A stretch of DNA of 22,309 bases from Candidatus Thorarchaeota archaeon (GCA_048882385.1 JBHLRQ010000048.1:1-22309); one strand, 5' to 3'; numbered from the stretch's first letter, positions 7,714 to 17,386 are shown. Made by a program: numbers and translations. The notes: generated by a model from the sequence alone, not told the origin.

Positions 7714-8697
7714 TCAGAGTTTGGGAACGATACGGTCTTTCAGTAACTTGATTGTATTTAATCCATTCTTCCGAAGATTCCCTACCATAGGAAGACCCAG
7801 AATGAGGTGGTCTATTTCGTTCTTGTATTTGGAGATTTTCTCAATAGCTGTTTCTATTGTGCCTGAGATATACTTTGTAAGCATGACTTCTAGGACCTTT
7901 GGTTTTTGTTCATCAGTTATCTCTTCGAACAACCAGTGTTGATTCAACAAATCCTGTTTTTTGCTCTCAAAATCATCAATATCCTCCCCAATTACCGATG
8001 TACAAAGATAAATGGACCATTTCAGTTCATCAAAGTTACGTCCGACTTTCTTGCATGCTTCTCTCACGCGGTTCTTTTTCTCTACGAATTCTTCCGGTGT
8101 TTCGGAGTCATAGTTCAATCCATCCGCATAACGCGCAATAATTTCCTCCATCATTGGAGTCTTCAATTTTTGATTTCCAACCCAGATGAGAATACGGGGT
8201 TTCTGTACAGGTTTCGGAAGGAACATGGTTTCTTTAATGCAATAATATTCTCCTTCAAAGCTTGGTCTCTCTTCTGTCCAGAGGAGATTGATAATCTGAA
8301 TGGCTTCTCTCAGCTGACGAATTCTTGTCTTGGTAGAAGGAAACGGGTAGCCATATGCTTCATACTCTGATTCCTTCCATCCTGCTCCAATACCAAATTC
8401 TACTCTCCCGTTTGATGCGTTATCCAAGGTTGCTACAATCTTGGCTAGGTGTGCTGGATTTCTATAGGATTGACAGCTAACTATTGTACCCAGACGAATA
8501 CGTTCTGTCTGTGGAGTCAATAACGCAAGAAGTGTCCATGCATCGTAGGCGTGTTTCTCGACGCTCTGAATATTGCCAAAGAAGTGGTCTGAAACGGTAA
8601 AACTGTAAAAGCCAGCTTTCTCTGCAGCCTGTGCAAGAGTCACTATCTCTTCATATTTGTAGCCCATCTGAGGTTCGATTTGTATTCCAATCTTCAA
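7714..8697 (-). CDS. LLM-class (luciferase-like), probably F420-dependent oxidoreductase
   Basis: AQAAEKAGF..FTVSDHF, DAWTLLALL...TERIRLGT, YRNPAHLAKIVATLD.ASNGRVEFGIGAGW..EY.AYG, PKPVQKP. Confidence 0.92.
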   Translation of the reverse strand: MKIGIQIEPQMGYKYEEIVTLAQAAEKAGFYSFTVSDHFFGNIQSVEKHAYDAWTLLALLTPQTERIRLGTIVSCQSYRNPAHLAKIVATLDNASNGRVEFGIGAGWKESEYEAYGYPFPSTKTRIRQLREAIQIINLLWTEERPSFEGEYYCIKETMFLPKPVQKPRILIWVGNQKLKTPMMEEIIARYADGLNYDSETPEEFVEKKNRVREACKKVGRNFDELKWSIYLCTSVIGEDIDDFESKKQDLLNQHWLFEEITDEQKPKVLEVMLTKYISGTIETAIEKISKYKNEIDHLILGLPMVGNLRKNGLNTIKLLKDRIVPKL

Positions 8698-8698
8698 G

Positions 8699-9523
8699 TT
8701 ATTCGCCTCTTAGTTTTTCTGTGTCTTTAAGGTACATCCTTAGAAATCCAAAGGCTAGAATATTCCCCAAGAACCATCCAGCTAACATATAGATTCCTCC
8801 AATGATCAGGTTAGGTCCTGGTTGAATCATTGAACCAAAGAAAAGTATACCAAAGGCATCTATTGAGTAATGAATCAGAATTCCCGGTAGTAAACTCTCA
8901 GTTTTGATGAAGATAGTAGCCAAGAAAGGAGTTGCAATTAGTACGAAGATTAACTGGCCTAGCATCATGAGTATATCTGGACGAACAAAGAAGTTGATTA
9001 GATGTGCTAAGGCGAACAATACAGAGTTTATTATGATGGACATTCGAACACTGTATCTTTTGAGGAAGAGTGTTAATACAATTCCTCTCCACATAATTTC
9101 TTCCCATAGTCCAGCATTTATCGCAATCAAGACATAGGGCGATTCTCCTAAAAAGATAATACTAGGGTCTAGAACGAAGTTACCATAGAGAATTGCAGCA
9201 ATAAAGAGACCCCCTAGAAGTAGGACTATTGATGCAATTGTTACAATCAAATTCCTCCCTACAGGTCTGTATTTTGATATCTTAATATCCGAAAGATATT
9301 GTGTAAAGGTTCTCTCACCATTTGGCACTTTAAGAATAAACGGTGCAATACCCAGAAACAGGACACCTCTAATCCCAAATCTTAATGCAAATCTAGCAAA
9401 CGCATCCAACGCTAGATAATTGATGATTTCTCCACTTAGTAGGAGAGATGACCAGTCAAACGCCATAAGTATGATGAATGCCAGTATAATTCTCTGAGAG
9501 AGATACGATTCTTGAAACTCCAT
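8699..9523 (-). CDS. CPBP (Abi/Rce1-like) intramembrane glutamic/metalloprotease
   Basis: EEIMWRG (EExxxR), FALAH (FxxxH), HYSID (HxxxB); multiple TM helices. The ATG at 9523 has a GAGGTGA SD 8 nt upstream (the track uses the GTG at 9535). 1-nt gap to the LLM gene. Confidence 0.9.
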   Translation of the reverse strand: MEFQESYLSQRIILAFIILMAFDWSSLLLSGEIINYLALDAFARFALRFGIRGVLFLGIAPFILKVPNGERTFTQYLSDIKISKYRPVGRNLIVTIASIVLLLGGLFIAAILYGNFVLDPSIIFLGESPYVLIAINAGLWEEIMWRGIVLTLFLKRYSVRMSIIINSVLFALAHLINFFVRPDILMMLGQLIFVLIATPFLATIFIKTESLLPGILIHYSIDAFGILFFGSMIQPGPNLIIGGIYMLAGWFLGNILAFGFLRMYLKDTEKLRGE

Positions 9524-9651
9524 CCTTACACTCACCTCTGTCAGACGCTTGATTATTTCATTATAATCGCATACTTGTACGCAACTACCGTTAGTCGAAT
9601 CCTATTTATGGTGGATTTTTCCAGCGAATCTTGCATTCGACAATTACCGAA

Positions 9652-9685
9652 TCAGCCCACTGGGCTGACTATGGAGGATTAGTCA
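9652..9685 (+). promoter_or_regulatory. Palindrome / overlapping hairpins around the SD of the flavoprotein gene
   Basis: TCAGCCCA-C-TGGGCTGA (9652-9668) is a perfect 8-bp inverted repeat. TGACTA-tggaggat-TAGTCA (9666-9685) encloses the GGAGG SD. Confidence 0.45.
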
Positions 9686-9686
9686 T

Positions 9687-11204
9687 TTGGTAGAGTACAA
9701 CAAGGTCACAGACGATGTGGTCAAGAAACTCACCGCTGTGTGCGGTGAGCAATATGTCACCACTAGTGAGCCACTTCGTCACAGCTATATGGCTCGAGGA
9801 ATTATGGGTCTTGAGGCTGTCGTTCCAGAGGTTATTGTAAGACCTGCAAGTGCTGAGGAAGTGTCAAAGATTCTCATCATTGCGAACGAAAACCTAAGCC
9901 CTGTAACTCCGGCAGCTGGAGGTCTCAGCGGAGGCTTTGCGTTACCAGCGATTGAGCCTGGTGGGATCTACATGGACATGACTCGGATGGACAAAATGGA
10001 AGTAGACACTGAGAATAGAGTCATGATTGTGGAGCCAGGCGTGAGGTCTGGAGACGCATGGAGAATTTTCAAGACTAAATATCCCGATTGGGCACCCCCG
10101 ATACCTGATGGAGCACCGCCTGCTGCAACAGTACTCGGTGATGCTATTGAGAGAGGATTCTCGCTTGTGACTGGTGTATACGGTCCACAGGCAGACATGA
10201 TAATGGGAATGGAGATTGTCCTTCCAACTGGTGAGATTTTTCACACTGGTTCTTGGGCACTTCCTGGAGCAAAGCCATTCTATCGTTGGGGCGTTGGTCC
10301 CAATCCCGATGGCCTTTTCCTAGGATCTCAAGGATCGATGGGTATCATCACGAAGTGTGCTATCAAGATGGTCCCGCATCCCCACTTCAAGACAGTTGTC
10401 GCATATGGTGGAGAAACATGGGATGACATCATTAAGCCTGCATGGGAAATCTCCAAACATGAGATGGGTATCGGTGAGCGTACTGTCATGGTTCAAGGAG
10501 GTAATTATGAACTCGTCATGACACGTTGGCCCAAAGAGAACGTTCCAATCGACTATGACTTTTACAAACAGATTGGAATTGACAAGAAGTGGATGAACTA
10601 TGAATGTTGGGCGTGGTCGCAGGAGGAGCTTGACGAGACCCTCAATGGTATTGACAAGATCTACAAGGACTACGAAGTAAGGGAGAAGCGTACAACACCA
10701 AAACAAGACCTGCATCCAAAGCAGGTAGCATCACGCCTGAAGAAACCCAACAAGATTGCTATTCCATACTCATTGTGGCAGGCTGGATTCTTGTTCATCA
10801 CTTGGTACTGTCCTTGGCTTGAGAGCAGCAAAATGATGGAGGAGTACTGCGCTGCCATGTCTGACCACGGTTTCCCTGAAACCATGTGGGTTGCATCCAT
10901 CGACCATGCAAGACAGGCAATAGTCATGCCAATCCTCTGTTTTGATTGGACTGAGCCTGGTATCATGGAGAAAATTAGAGAGTTCAACCTTGAAACCACA
11001 AAGAGCTTCCTGAAGAAGGGTTGGCTCAATTATCGACCTGACCCATTTGTGCATGCACCACAGACCTTCAGTCAGGCTAAGGAATACTACAGGATGTTGG
11101 TCAAATTCCGAAAGGTCTTGGACCCGAACTTGATACTGCACCCAGGTCGTCTAGCAATCCCATGGGAGAGCGTTACGGACCTTCCCAATCCTGCAAAGGA
11201 GTGA
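9687..11204 (+). CDS. FAD-binding oxidoreductase, VAO/PCMH-GlcD superfamily (FAD_binding_4 + FAD-oxidase C domain)
   Basis: PEVIVRPASAEEV, GGLSGG, MDMTRM, IVEPGV, GMEIVLPTGEI..TG, GLFLGSQGSMGIIT, LDPNLILHPG. TTG start after GGAGG. Confidence 0.9.
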   Translation: MVEYNKVTDDVVKKLTAVCGEQYVTTSEPLRHSYMARGIMGLEAVVPEVIVRPASAEEVSKILIIANENLSPVTPAAGGLSGGFALPAIEPGGIYMDMTRMDKMEVDTENRVMIVEPGVRSGDAWRIFKTKYPDWAPPIPDGAPPAATVLGDAIERGFSLVTGVYGPQADMIMGMEIVLPTGEIFHTGSWALPGAKPFYRWGVGPNPDGLFLGSQGSMGIITKCAIKMVPHPHFKTVVAYGGETWDDIIKPAWEISKHEMGIGERTVMVQGGNYELVMTRWPKENVPIDYDFYKQIGIDKKWMNYECWAWSQEELDETLNGIDKIYKDYEVREKRTTPKQDLHPKQVASRLKKPNKIAIPYSLWQAGFLFITWYCPWLESSKMMEEYCAAMSDHGFPETMWVASIDHARQAIVMPILCFDWTEPGIMEKIREFNLETTKSFLKKGWLNYRPDPFVHAPQTFSQAKEYYRMLVKFRKVLDPNLILHPGRLAIPWESVTDLPNPAKE

Positions 11205-11262
11205 AACTAGGTGCGTATCATAACCACTAAATATGCTGGAACTACAAGGAGGAACGATTGAG

Positions 11263-12570
11263 ATGACAACTCTAGAAGAACTACGCAGGATTAATGCACG
11301 CTGCATTCACTGTAGAGCATGTCAGTATGCCTACTCTGGTGAACCCGATAAAGAGGGTGAAACTGAGGAATACACTGGGATGCTTCAAGGATGTCCTGCG
11401 GGACTCTATTTCGGTTGGGAAGGATACTTCAACTCGGGCAAGCAGTGGATGGCACGAGCCTTCCTGAACAATGAGCTTCCAGCAAGCAAGGAATTGCTTG
11501 AAGTTGCAGAGGCTTGCACGACTTGTGGAATGTGCGAAACACAGTGTCCAAACTATATTGACACGGTCCACATAACAGAGGCACTCCGAGCCGCAGTAAT
11601 TGAGGCTGGAGTAGAACCACTTGACAAACACAAGGGTTTTGGAACAAGAGTCAGGAACGAGGAGTTGAGAAATCCCTACAATGAACCTCGTGAAGACCGC
11701 ACAAAGTGGTTCAGTGGAATAGTTGATAATAAGGATGCCAAGATTGCGTACTTTGTAGGTTGCACTGCTGCATACAGACAGCAACAGATTGCTGTGCACA
11801 CAGAGAGTATTCTCAATAAGCTAGGAATCGAGTTCACGGTTCTATCCGATGAGGTCTGCTGTGGAAGTCCGATTCTTCGTACTGGTCAGCGGGATGTCTT
11901 CAGAACCGTCATGGAAGAGAACTTAGAAATGTTCAAGGACTTTGACTTAGTTCTCTTCAGTTGTGCAGGATGCTATAAGACATTCCGGAATGATTATCCT
12001 CACATGGGTGGTAAACCTCTACCCTTTAAGGTGCGTCATGCTGTAGAGTTTGTCTATGACCTATTGGAAGAAGGTAAAATTAAGATTGAGAAGCCTTACA
12101 ACAAGAAGGTCACTTGGCATGATCCCTGTCACAGCATCAGGCATGTTGGTATAGCTATCGAGAAAGAGATTCTAGCCGGTTCTAAGAATTGGTTACTAGA
12201 CAGCCGTAATGCTGAGAAGGCCAAGCAGGCTCACTATGAACTTCCACGAGTGGTCTTGAACAGCATTCCTGGTTTGGAACTTCGTGAAATGTATAGAATC
12301 AAGGGTGACTCTTTCTGTTGCGGAGCTGGCGGAGGTGTCAAAGCACAGTTCCCAGACATGGCAATGTTTGCTGCAAAGGAGCGCATGAAAGAAGCTGCGT
12401 CAACAGGTGCTGAAATTATCATGACCTCTTGTCCCTTCTGCGTCACAAACTTCAACGACGCTGTAAAGGAACTAAAGGTGGAGGAAGAAGAAACTGGTAA
12501 TGACTTGTCTGATCAGGGCTCAAAGCTGAAGGTTGTTGAGCTACTAGAGCTTCTTGATGAACTATTATAA
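11263..12570 (+). CDS. Fe-S oxidoreductase, HdrD/GlcF-type (2x[4Fe-4S] + two CCG domains)
   Basis: CIHCRAC...CPAG, CTTCGMCETQCP, YFVGC, EVCCG, SCAGC, HDPCH, SFCCG, SCPFC. The ATG at 11263 follows GGAGG and is preferred over 11233. Confidence 0.92.
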   Translation: MTTLEELRRINARCIHCRACQYAYSGEPDKEGETEEYTGMLQGCPAGLYFGWEGYFNSGKQWMARAFLNNELPASKELLEVAEACTTCGMCETQCPNYIDTVHITEALRAAVIEAGVEPLDKHKGFGTRVRNEELRNPYNEPREDRTKWFSGIVDNKDAKIAYFVGCTAAYRQQQIAVHTESILNKLGIEFTVLSDEVCCGSPILRTGQRDVFRTVMEENLEMFKDFDLVLFSCAGCYKTFRNDYPHMGGKPLPFKVRHAVEFVYDLLEEGKIKIEKPYNKKVTWHDPCHSIRHVGIAIEKEILAGSKNWLLDSRNAEKAKQAHYELPRVVLNSIPGLELREMYRIKGDSFCCGAGGGVKAQFPDMAMFAAKERMKEAASTGAEIIMTSCPFCVTNFNDAVKELKVEEEETGNDLSDQGSKLKVVELLELLDELL

Positions 12571-12579
12571 TCAACGATA

Positions 12580-12630
12580 TGCTGCGGAGGTCATCCTCTG
12601 CAGCAGTCATCTTCTTTTTCTTTACTGCTT
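12580..12630 (+). terminator. Stem-loop plus pyrimidine tract ending the flavoprotein/Fe-S operon
   Basis: TGCTGCGGAGG-tcat-CCTCTGCAGCA (11 bp with one G-U) starts 10 nt after the stop and is followed by CTTCTTTTTCTTT. Confidence 0.65.
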
Positions 12631-12679
12631 TCAAAACAGTGATATCACAAGTTTTTACATCCCAATTTGGTGAATAGAC

Positions 12680-13372
12680 ATGTTGGGTGGGAGAACGAAG
12701 AAACGTATTGCAAAATTATTAGTTGTTCTTATTTGTTGCATGCTGTTTGTGTTTCTAGTCATTGATGCTTCAATTAACTTTCCGTGGGAATCGCCCGCTC
12801 CACCTGGACCCCTTACATGGATGGTTTCAGAAGGTGAGGAATTCATCTTCAATGTGTCAGCTTCAGGCTTTTATGAATTCATGTGGGAACCAGTACGAGT
12901 ACCTGAACCATTATCATTTGTTGTTAACACATGCATTAGAGTTAGAATTGAATCATTGCCCAACAGTACGATAAACTCTGAACAAAACCTCATCAATATG
13001 GTCAACACGGGGAAGGTTAGTTGTATTTTTGCAAATGGAACTGAGATTCCGTCCGAAACGAAAATTGAATTACAGCAACTGGTTTCAAGATGTTTCTTTC
13101 CAGTTGAAGGTTGGGATTATATTGATTGGCTTTTCCCAGACAATCCTAGAGATGTAGCACCTAGTAATTGGATATTTGAAACATATCTTTCAAGATGTTA
13201 CAATGACACATGTTACTTTGGCTTTTACAAGTGTTATGTTGATTATGGAAACAGTTGGGGTGCTAATATTTCTCTTACAACAGGAATTCCCCGAACTATG
13301 ACAACTGGTGCTTTTGAAAGCGCTGGTGTTGGTTTCAGCTGGACCTTGAAGTTGTCGCTAATTGAAACATAG
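12680..13372 (+). CDS. Hypothetical exported/membrane-tethered protein
   Basis: Basic N-terminus plus one hydrophobic helix, PAPPGP linker, then a beta-rich domain (LTWMVSEGEEFIFNV...TGIP) with N-x-S/T sequons. Confidence 0.75.
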   Translation: MLGGRTKKRIAKLLVVLICCMLFVFLVIDASINFPWESPAPPGPLTWMVSEGEEFIFNVSASGFYEFMWEPVRVPEPLSFVVNTCIRVRIESLPNSTINSEQNLINMVNTGKVSCIFANGTEIPSETKIELQQLVSRCFFPVEGWDYIDWLFPDNPRDVAPSNWIFETYLSRCYNDTCYFGFYKCYVDYGNSWGANISLTTGIPRTMTTGAFESAGVGFSWTLKLSLIET

Positions 13373-13448
13373 ATATCCAATGAGTTTTTGTAGAACCAGA
13401 CAAAACACCTGGTTTTGTCATCAAATCCTCCGAAGCCCTATTCTCTTT

Positions 13449-15506
13449 TTACTCATCTTCACCTTCTTCCATCAGAAACTTCCATGGATCAATTTGTGTC
13501 TCTTCAACAGGTAGAGTATCCTCGGGCCTAGTTCTTCTTCTGATGAAGTAATCCCAAGCTATCCCACCAAAGAGGAGTGTGGCAGTCCCTGTGATTACTA
13601 ATGACGCAGGACTGAAAGTTATGGTAATTGGACCTGAGAGCTCGTATGTTAGTAGAGTATTAGCAGGTAGTTGACCGATGGTACCATAATACGGTTGATT
13701 GCCCATGAAATCAGTGTAGACTGCCAGATGCACCAGACCATCATCAGTCATTGCCATATCAGAAACCAGCATTCTCTCATAGTAGATTGGATTCCCCTGC
13801 CAGTCCTTTTCAAAGAAAGTATCTTGAGAGATTTGTTGCCCAAAACGTGAATATCTTGTTATCGAATAAGTAGATCGAATGTGCAAGTACTCAAGAACCA
13901 AAGTCAGTTGGCCAGTTGGTCCGACTTCCATCATATCCATTTTGGCATGATCCTGCCATCCAAGTCCATAATTCAGACTCAGTATCTTTGTCCAAACTTC
14001 AGAGCCCTCGCCATCCCACCTAGTTAGTCTGAGTTCGTCATCTATCATCTTTTTGCATGTATAGAAACCTCCCTCTGGATCAATGCAAAACGCATTATGC
14101 TCTAGAGTGATATTTCTTAACAGATTCCCATTGGTGTCATATTTCTGGACGCAATTTCCCGCACTAACATATACACCATCTACATTGTATCCAATCCCCC
14201 AAGGAAACTGGAGCTCATATGACTTGACTATATAATCCTCATAGCTCATTACCGAGATCGTCTTGTTCCATCTGAAGGCTCCTGAACTATCAAGTGACAC
14301 AAGACTGAAAATCAACTCGTATGAGTATAGATATGGTTCTGAAGTTAATTTAACTGATAAGACCACGGTGAAGATACTCCCAGTTGGTGATATATCAAGA
14401 GAGAGAGGAACGTCTTGATTGTAGAGTGAGAACTCTGAGGTCCATATCTCATCTCCTGATGGATCAAGTTTCTTCACTGAACCTGAAAATGATGTCTGAT
14501 TATATCCAAGTACGAAAATCTGATTATTTGCCACGTTCAGCATATAATAGGGTGAGTAAATTTGCGAAATACTAGTTTCACTTCCAATACGAACATGATC
14601 GGATGTTAGTCTTCCCAAGAAATTACCACTCGGAGTAGAGTAATCTTGAGTCATATAGACGAGTGAGTTCTGGTCTATCGACTCGATACCACGACCTTCA
14701 TGAGTTTCATTCCACAATGCAGTTGTATTGTATTTTGGTGTCTTCAATGGAGGTGCTACTCTACCAACTTGCAGAAGTGCTTCCGCAGAGAAACTACTCA
14801 CTGTAGCAGTTACCGTTCCATCAAAAGTTGTCCAAGGACCAGAGCTTCCACCGTATATATCTGAGAACAGAAATGATGGAACTAAGCCAACATACAACCT
14901 ATAGGTGTCACTTGCATATGTTTGTCTCCCTTCATACTCCACTGATCCCATGAATAGATTTTCTGCCTCATAGTTTTGTATTAGAAACTCGAGATCGTAG
15001 CTCTCTCCATCACTAAGATCATTAATAGCTTTCAGAGGAATTGGGGAGGTGTAATCTGGTGTACCAATCCAAAAGGCGATTGAATACATGTCATCCCCAT
15101 TCTCTTGTGTGGCAAAATCTCCGGTACAGGATATCTCAACAGATGCTGAAATCCTTAATGTAATAGGGGTCTGATTGTAGTCCCATGTGAACTCTTGCCA
15201 CATTCGTACAAACTCCCTACACATGATTAGTGGGTATCCATAATCATAGTTGAAGGAATATCCTGGTGTGTGATCCCATATGAGCTCAAGTGTTTCCTCC
15301 GGAATATTATATGTCCACCTGAACTCTGGAGAATTCAGAGCTATCTCCACAAGCGGTTCAGTCGTGAGGTTGGGATCTGGAAGGAGTTCTCCTGTTTCTT
15401 GGAGATTTTCTTGAGCAGGGAGATTACTGAAATCCACTCCTTCAACTCCCATTATGAGAAGCGGTGTTACCATTAATAGTATGATAAGGACACCAAACCT
15501 TCTCAT
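13449..15506 (-). CDS. Single-pass surface protein: signal peptide, beta-sandwich, probable beta-propeller, C-terminal TM and acidic cytoplasmic tail
   Basis: MRRFGVLIILL signal peptide at the ATG 15506 after GAGGGG. Propeller-like repeats KLDPSGDEIWT, SLDSSGAFRWN, KYDTNGNLLRN, RWDGEGSEVWT. TM helix followed by RRR. Confidence 0.75.
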   Translation of the reverse strand: MRRFGVLIILLMVTPLLIMGVEGVDFSNLPAQENLQETGELLPDPNLTTEPLVEIALNSPEFRWTYNIPEETLELIWDHTPGYSFNYDYGYPLIMCREFVRMWQEFTWDYNQTPITLRISASVEISCTGDFATQENGDDMYSIAFWIGTPDYTSPIPLKAINDLSDGESYDLEFLIQNYEAENLFMGSVEYEGRQTYASDTYRLYVGLVPSFLFSDIYGGSSGPWTTFDGTVTATVSSFSAEALLQVGRVAPPLKTPKYNTTALWNETHEGRGIESIDQNSLVYMTQDYSTPSGNFLGRLTSDHVRIGSETSISQIYSPYYMLNVANNQIFVLGYNQTSFSGSVKKLDPSGDEIWTSEFSLYNQDVPLSLDISPTGSIFTVVLSVKLTSEPYLYSYELIFSLVSLDSSGAFRWNKTISVMSYEDYIVKSYELQFPWGIGYNVDGVYVSAGNCVQKYDTNGNLLRNITLEHNAFCIDPEGGFYTCKKMIDDELRLTRWDGEGSEVWTKILSLNYGLGWQDHAKMDMMEVGPTGQLTLVLEYLHIRSTYSITRYSRFGQQISQDTFFEKDWQGNPIYYERMLVSDMAMTDDGLVHLAVYTDFMGNQPYYGTIGQLPANTLLTYELSGPITITFSPASLVITGTATLLFGGIAWDYFIRRRTRPEDTLPVEETQIDPWKFLMEEGEDE

Positions 15507-15649
15507 CTCAAACCCCTCTTTGATTTCCACGAATTCTAATTGGAATAGATACATCTAGTCTATTAGAAATTGTCGTTCAAGACAGTGTGGCTATCACAAC
15601 TAGTTTCTGTGGCAACATTCTTATTTTTCATTGGAGAATCGGATTCTCT

Positions 15650-16189
15650 ATGCACCCGGACTCTGAACCAGTGATTGTGGAGAATTACAATCCAGAATGG
15701 CCACATTGGTTTGAAGAATTGAGGTCTTTTCTTGAACCTAAACTTGGTCCAATTGTTTTTAGAATCGAACATGTGGGAAGCACAGCAATTCCGGGCATGA
15801 TAGCTAAACCGATTATCGATCTCAATATTGCTATTCAGATTTCTGATTTCGAAGAAATAAAATCCTGGCTCGCAAAGATAGGATTTGAACATCGTGGTGA
15901 TTTAGGGATTGTTGGAAGAGAAGCATTTCTTCTGACAGATTTGAGGTTAAAAAAAGGGCTACCACCTCATCATCTCTATGTGTGTGATATTGATAATGAA
16001 GAGCTAAAACGACAGATTGCATTTAGAGATTATTTACGTGAGCATAAAGAAGACGCAGCTAAATACTCTGAGATTAAAATCCATCTCGTCAAAAAATACT
16101 CAGGTAACCGTGTGCAGTATATTGATGGAAAAGACCACCTGGTCAAGGAAATCCTTGAAAGAGCACTGCAATGGGCAAAACGATACTAG
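15650..16189 (+). CDS. GrpB/UPF0157 family nucleotidyltransferase-fold protein
   Basis: YNPEWP..F, IEHVGSTAIPG..AKPIID, HHLYVC, FRDYLR, Y..IK, YIDGK. The ATG at 15650 fits the family N-terminus better than the GTG at 15587. Confidence 0.92.
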   Translation: MHPDSEPVIVENYNPEWPHWFEELRSFLEPKLGPIVFRIEHVGSTAIPGMIAKPIIDLNIAIQISDFEEIKSWLAKIGFEHRGDLGIVGREAFLLTDLRLKKGLPPHHLYVCDIDNEELKRQIAFRDYLREHKEDAAKYSEIKIHLVKKYSGNRVQYIDGKDHLVKEILERALQWAKRY

Positions 16190-17386
16190 TCATTTTTCTT
16201 TTAGGAGAAAGGCAAGTAGAATCATAACCTCAACAATTATTGTTAGCAATAAGAGAGGGGGCAAGAAACTGTCAGTAAGATCGGTTAGATATCCTACAAC
16301 AATCGGTCCAATAAAACCCGTGCATCCCCCGATTGAAAAGAAAAGCCCACTCGCTATTCCAGTCTTTTCAGCACCAACATCTGGAAGATCCATCATGACC
16401 ACGAGCATGAGTGGCATCATAGCTCCACTCACAATTCCATAAATAACTAGGGTCACCAAAAGAGGTAGACAGCATAATATTCCCACAATGTACATGCTAA
16501 CACCCTCAATTAGCAAAGATACAATAATTATTGGTCGTCTTGATCCAGCTACACCAATACCTGGAATTATGGCACTACCGATGAGTCCAACCCATGTTGG
16601 TATTGAAGCCAAATATCCTGCATCGACCGAACTCATCCCTTTCCCCTCCAAAATAGTTGGAAGCCAGTTCCCGAAACCATAGAATACAAGAAATGTAGTC
16701 GAACCAATGATTGCGACTATCCAGATGTCTCTGTGACTTAACAGAGATGCAACCATCATCTTGAACGAGGATTGTCTTTCACTCTGCTCAGAACTGGTCA
16801 CAGACTCTCTTGCTAGCATAATCCAACTGCATGCAATGAGTAGACCCACAACTCCGTACAAAGAAAAGACATTCCGCCATGTCCCGACTAGCGGAAGAAC
16901 AAGAGAGTTGGTTAATGCTAAAGCAGTAGCAGAACCCACAGCTGCTCCAGTCATATAGATTCCTGAAGCCAATCCACGTTCTCTTCCCTCAAAGAATGAG
17001 GCTACAACCTTTGCCAATCCAACTGATACAGTTGGTCCTCCAACACCAAAAAGGAATACAACAAAGAAGAGCGTTTCAAAACTGAAAACCAAAGATCGCA
17101 AGATTGCTGAGGAAGATATCAGTAACAGTCCTAGTGTTATCATCTTCACCTGTCCAATGCGATCAATACTCACACCTACAGGAATTGCGAGGGGGACATA
17201 CATCAATATAACACTACCAAGAATTATGCCCATTTGCGAGTAGGTCAAGGAGAGATCCGCAGATATTGTATTCACAAGAGGCGGAATTGATGAAAGAATC
17301 AATCCAAATGCGAAATAGACGAACCATGCAAGTACTAGTATGATCCATCGATAGCTGGAGGGTTTATCTCGGTGTAATTCGTTCAC
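16190..17386 (-). CDS. MFS transporter (CynX-like / MFS_1)
   Basis: About 12 TM helices; motif A GVSIDRIGQ; FEGRERGLASG; GPIVVGYLTD. Abuts the convergent GrpB-family gene with zero gap. Confidence 0.92.
   Translation of the reverse strand: MNELHRDKPSSYRWIILVLAWFVYFAFGLILSSIPPLVNTISADLSLTYSQMGIILGSVILMYVPLAIPVGVSIDRIGQVKMITLGLLLISSSAILRSLVFSFETLFFVVFLFGVGGPTVSVGLAKVVASFFEGRERGLASGIYMTGAAVGSATALALTNSLVLPLVGTWRNVFSLYGVVGLLIACSWIMLARESVTSSEQSERQSSFKMMVASLLSHRDIWIVAIIGSTTFLVFYGFGNWLPTILEGKGMSSVDAGYLASIPTWVGLIGSAIIPGIGVAGSRRPIIIVSLLIEGVSMYIVGILCCLPLLVTLVIYGIVSGAMMPLMLVVMMDLPDVGAEKTGIASGLFFSIGGCTGFIGPIVVGYLTDLTDSFLPPLLLLTIIVEVMILLAFLLKEK

Noticed and set aside
8699-9523. CPBP/Rce1-like protease as a CAAX-processing enzyme for the nearby GTPase
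   Set aside because: The GTPase has no Cys or CAAX motif, the genes are more than 5 kb apart, and CPBP proteins are widespread in prokaryotes.
11202-12630. Selenocysteine readthrough or SECIS (some Asgard lineages use Sec)
   Set aside because: No in-frame TGA at a Cys position. The TGA at 11202 is followed by TAG two codons later. The 12580 hairpin looks like a terminator and lacks an evident SECIS core.
9942-12634. Series of minus-strand ORFs of 60-172 aa
   Set aside because: Antisense shadows of the flavoprotein and Fe-S genes.
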